A stretch of DNA of 64,000 nucleotides. Origin: Paragordius varius. Its lineage: Eukaryota; Animalia; Nematomorpha. The stretch spans positions 7,130,001 through 7,194,000 of the forward strand of contig OZ176050.1 in the NCBI GenBank assembly GCA_964247055.1. Reading direction: 5' to 3'. The translations under genes and the position numbers were made by a program. The notes beneath the pieces were generated by a model, which was not told where the DNA came from, searched no databases, and worked only from the letters and a program-made list of their open reading frames with translations. This document shows, piece after piece, positions 61,149 to 64,000 of the stretch. Positions within the stretch are counted from its first letter, which is position 1. Every line of letters starts with the position of its first letter.

Positions 61149-64000
61149 AGGCCTGCAAAATTACATTTATGGGATGAAATCATTTTTTTATTTGGGAACT
61201 TGTATAACTCAGTTAACTTATTACATATATTATAAATATATATTTGTATGGTTGGATTAGTTTTCTATAAATATAATCGCATTATGGTATGGGATTCTAT
61301 TCGAATATATTTGGAAACTCTAATGACTCGTAATTAAAAACATGCAAAGCATAAAAAATGTTAATTCTTATCATTAGATAATCCGATTTTTCGCATGTCT
61401 TATAAACAATTTTGTCTATATTCAAAACTTTGTTAAAATATATATAACTCAAAATTTTATAATAATGGATAATTATGCATCCATTTAAATTATTAACAAC
61501 CACGAATAAACAAACAGGTTAAACTTTATTTCTTACACCGTGCGCACAAAAAATCTGATGAAATATATACTTGATACGGGATCATTTTTGTGCTTTTGAA
61601 TTTTGGCGTTACCAGTGTATTAATTTTGTCGTAGATTGCAGTATCAAAAATGGCTAAATAAAATTTTTGAATAAGAGCATGCTATAAAAATATCACTTAT
61701 TATATCATAAGCTATTTACAAAAAGTAAAGTAGTATTTACATTATTTTAAATTATTAATAAGGGCTTTTTAAAGCTTTAATTTCCTCTGATGAAAAATAT
61801 ATAAATAGGAAAAATATATAAGGATTATCATGGTTGATTTTGGCCCTTTCAACTGATTTTAGATTATTTTAATTTTTGTGTTAATTACTCTATATCAGAA
61901 AATGACAGTATTTGTCCAAATTTTGTTAAATAATTTTTTTAATGAAAGCCAAACGCTTTGATTTAAAAAATATTACTAAAATATATCATAATCTAAACTA
62001 AGGGATCTATCATCACATATAAAAAGTAAAACAATTTTTATACTTTGATTTTACTATGGCTCCGGATTCCCCAAATAGTTTTGCCCTTCTAAAATAGACA
62101 TATTCTCTTAAAACAATAGCAAAAATGCTGGAATCGCGAGATATTTTTAAATATATGTCAAATATTGACATCAAAAAAATTTCGCCCGAAAATTGATATT
62201 TCGTTTAAAAATTAATTTTTTAGCGAAATTTCATTGGTTTTTCATATTATTTTGAGAAATGATGGAAACAGTATAAAAGGTTGTAGGATATTAATAAACA
62301 TTTTTTCTATATAATTCGATGGAACTGAACATTTCTATCATCTCGTTCGATTGAAATACTCTTTCCCCTTCAAATAATGTTAAATAAATTATTTTTTACA
62401 ATTCACAAAAATTTAAAAGCAATTGAATGTTTAAATTAAACTTAGGAAAACTTAGTATCACCATATAAAAAGGGTTTTTTATTATCTTAAAGCGCTTTTA
62501 TACCGTTTCTATCAGACCTGCAAAAAGAACGTTTATAAAAAATTTCGCTATTAATTAAATTTTCAAATATATTTATTTTATCGGCATTTTTTCAATTTTC
62601 TTATGGTTAAATTTTTATCGCACAATCTCCGCATTTTTGGTTTTATTTTATAAGAAAACTAGTCTATTAGCACGAAATTTGGTTTTTCGGACCTCTCTAA
62701 AAATTAAATATTTAAAAAATATTTTGTGTTTTTTAATTGAATTTATTTAGTGATATTATTTAGAATGTAGCATACCTTTCTCAAAAAAGTTTTATTTGAA
62801 CTATTTTTGCGTAAATTTTGCCATTTACTGATATGGACCTTATTCGTAAGGCCAAAAGCGTACTGTGATACCTGATTCATTTTCCAAGAATATATGTATT
62901 TCAATAGGATATTTTTTATACCCTCCGATTTTCGACACAGCGATGTCAAATCCAAATATTGGACAAAATTAATATTTTGCCAAAAAATTTAATTCGTAAA
63001 TTTGAAGCGAGCTTTATGGTATTTAAAAGCATGTTGGAAACGGTATAAAATTTAAGATATTAAAACACTTTTCTTACATAATTCGAGGAAGAACGTTTCC
63101 TTCAACTTAAATCATTAATTTATAAAATTTGATCGATTTAATAAATAAATTTTTTGAGAAACAAATTATGTCTGATTTAATATGGTGACGGACAAATATT
63201 TCAACAAAATTGAGGTGATAGAGATGTTTAGGTATCGAATCATATAGAAAAATATATCTATTTAATTATGCTTATATATAATTTTTTTAAATATTTATTT
63301 TTGAGCAAAATATCTATTTTGAACAAAAATTTTTATTTAATAAATTAATTTAGCACATAAATATTTAATTAACGAATAATTTCGAAATTTTTGCATTCAT
63401 TTTAAAGAAACCTGCCCAATTTAGATGGGTGTTTATTTTTAAAGTCCACATCTATAATTTAAAACTCATAATTTCTTTCCTTTTTATGTAAATATAATGT
63501 ATTTTAGTGATGTTTTTCGAATATAACATTTAGCTTTTGCCAAAATTATTTTTCTGATATGGAGCTAACGCAAAAGTTAATTCTCGTAACACTTGGCTAA
63601 ACACATACATTTCAATATTCGATTAAAATTTGGATTTGGATACCGCCAGTTTAAAATTAAATATTCAAATAATATAAAATAAATTCAAACTATTGCAAAA
63701 GCTTGCACTTACATATTAATAAACCGAAATATGAAAAACATTTGTTTAAAAATCTTAATATTAAATATTTTAAGATAAAACCAAAATGTAAAAATTTAGT
63801 CAACATGGCATGTGTGCAATAGCTAATTAAAAAATATTTGAAAATAAACCACTTTTTCTGATTCTATCAACATTATGTGATCTAAATAAAATATTATCTT
63901 TAATTTTAGCTTTAAAATTAAATACACACGATATTTAAATTGTAAAATAAAAATGGAGTCGAAGTAGTTTGATATGGAACTTTTCCTCAAACCTAATAAA

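Overview
Very AT-rich animal (probably invertebrate) genomic DNA with GT-AG introns; the taxon cannot be fixed from sequence alone. The window has three zones. (1) 1-16643 is a satellite of about 140 copies of a 119-bp monomer, itself a tetramer of ATGGTT-initiated 26/31/31/31-bp subunits, with higher-order and kb-scale block duplications. It abuts a much older, decayed ~160-bp tandem repeat (16770-18200). (2) 18-45 kb is gene-poor, with a tRNA-Lys-derived SINE, hAT and foldback MITEs and RTE-LINE remnants around a single developmental regulator: a 4-exon LIM-domain-only (LMO1/3/Beadex-like) gene with an unusually long Asn-rich tail. (3) 45.6-59.3 kb is a compact gene cluster: a divergent LIN37 (MuvB/DREAM subunit), an intronless PIGV, a highly modified serpin, a 76-aa coiled-coil ORF, a tail-anchored protein with a possible Tudor-like domain, and a 718-aa Asn-rich ORF that may splice onto it. 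The serpin has a mucin-like insertion, furin-type dibasic sites and a non-inhibitory hinge. The most interesting candidates are the serpin-mucin proprotein, the possible disordered-region + Tudor-like + tail-anchor protein, and the nested satellite. All calls are by eye; no searches were run.
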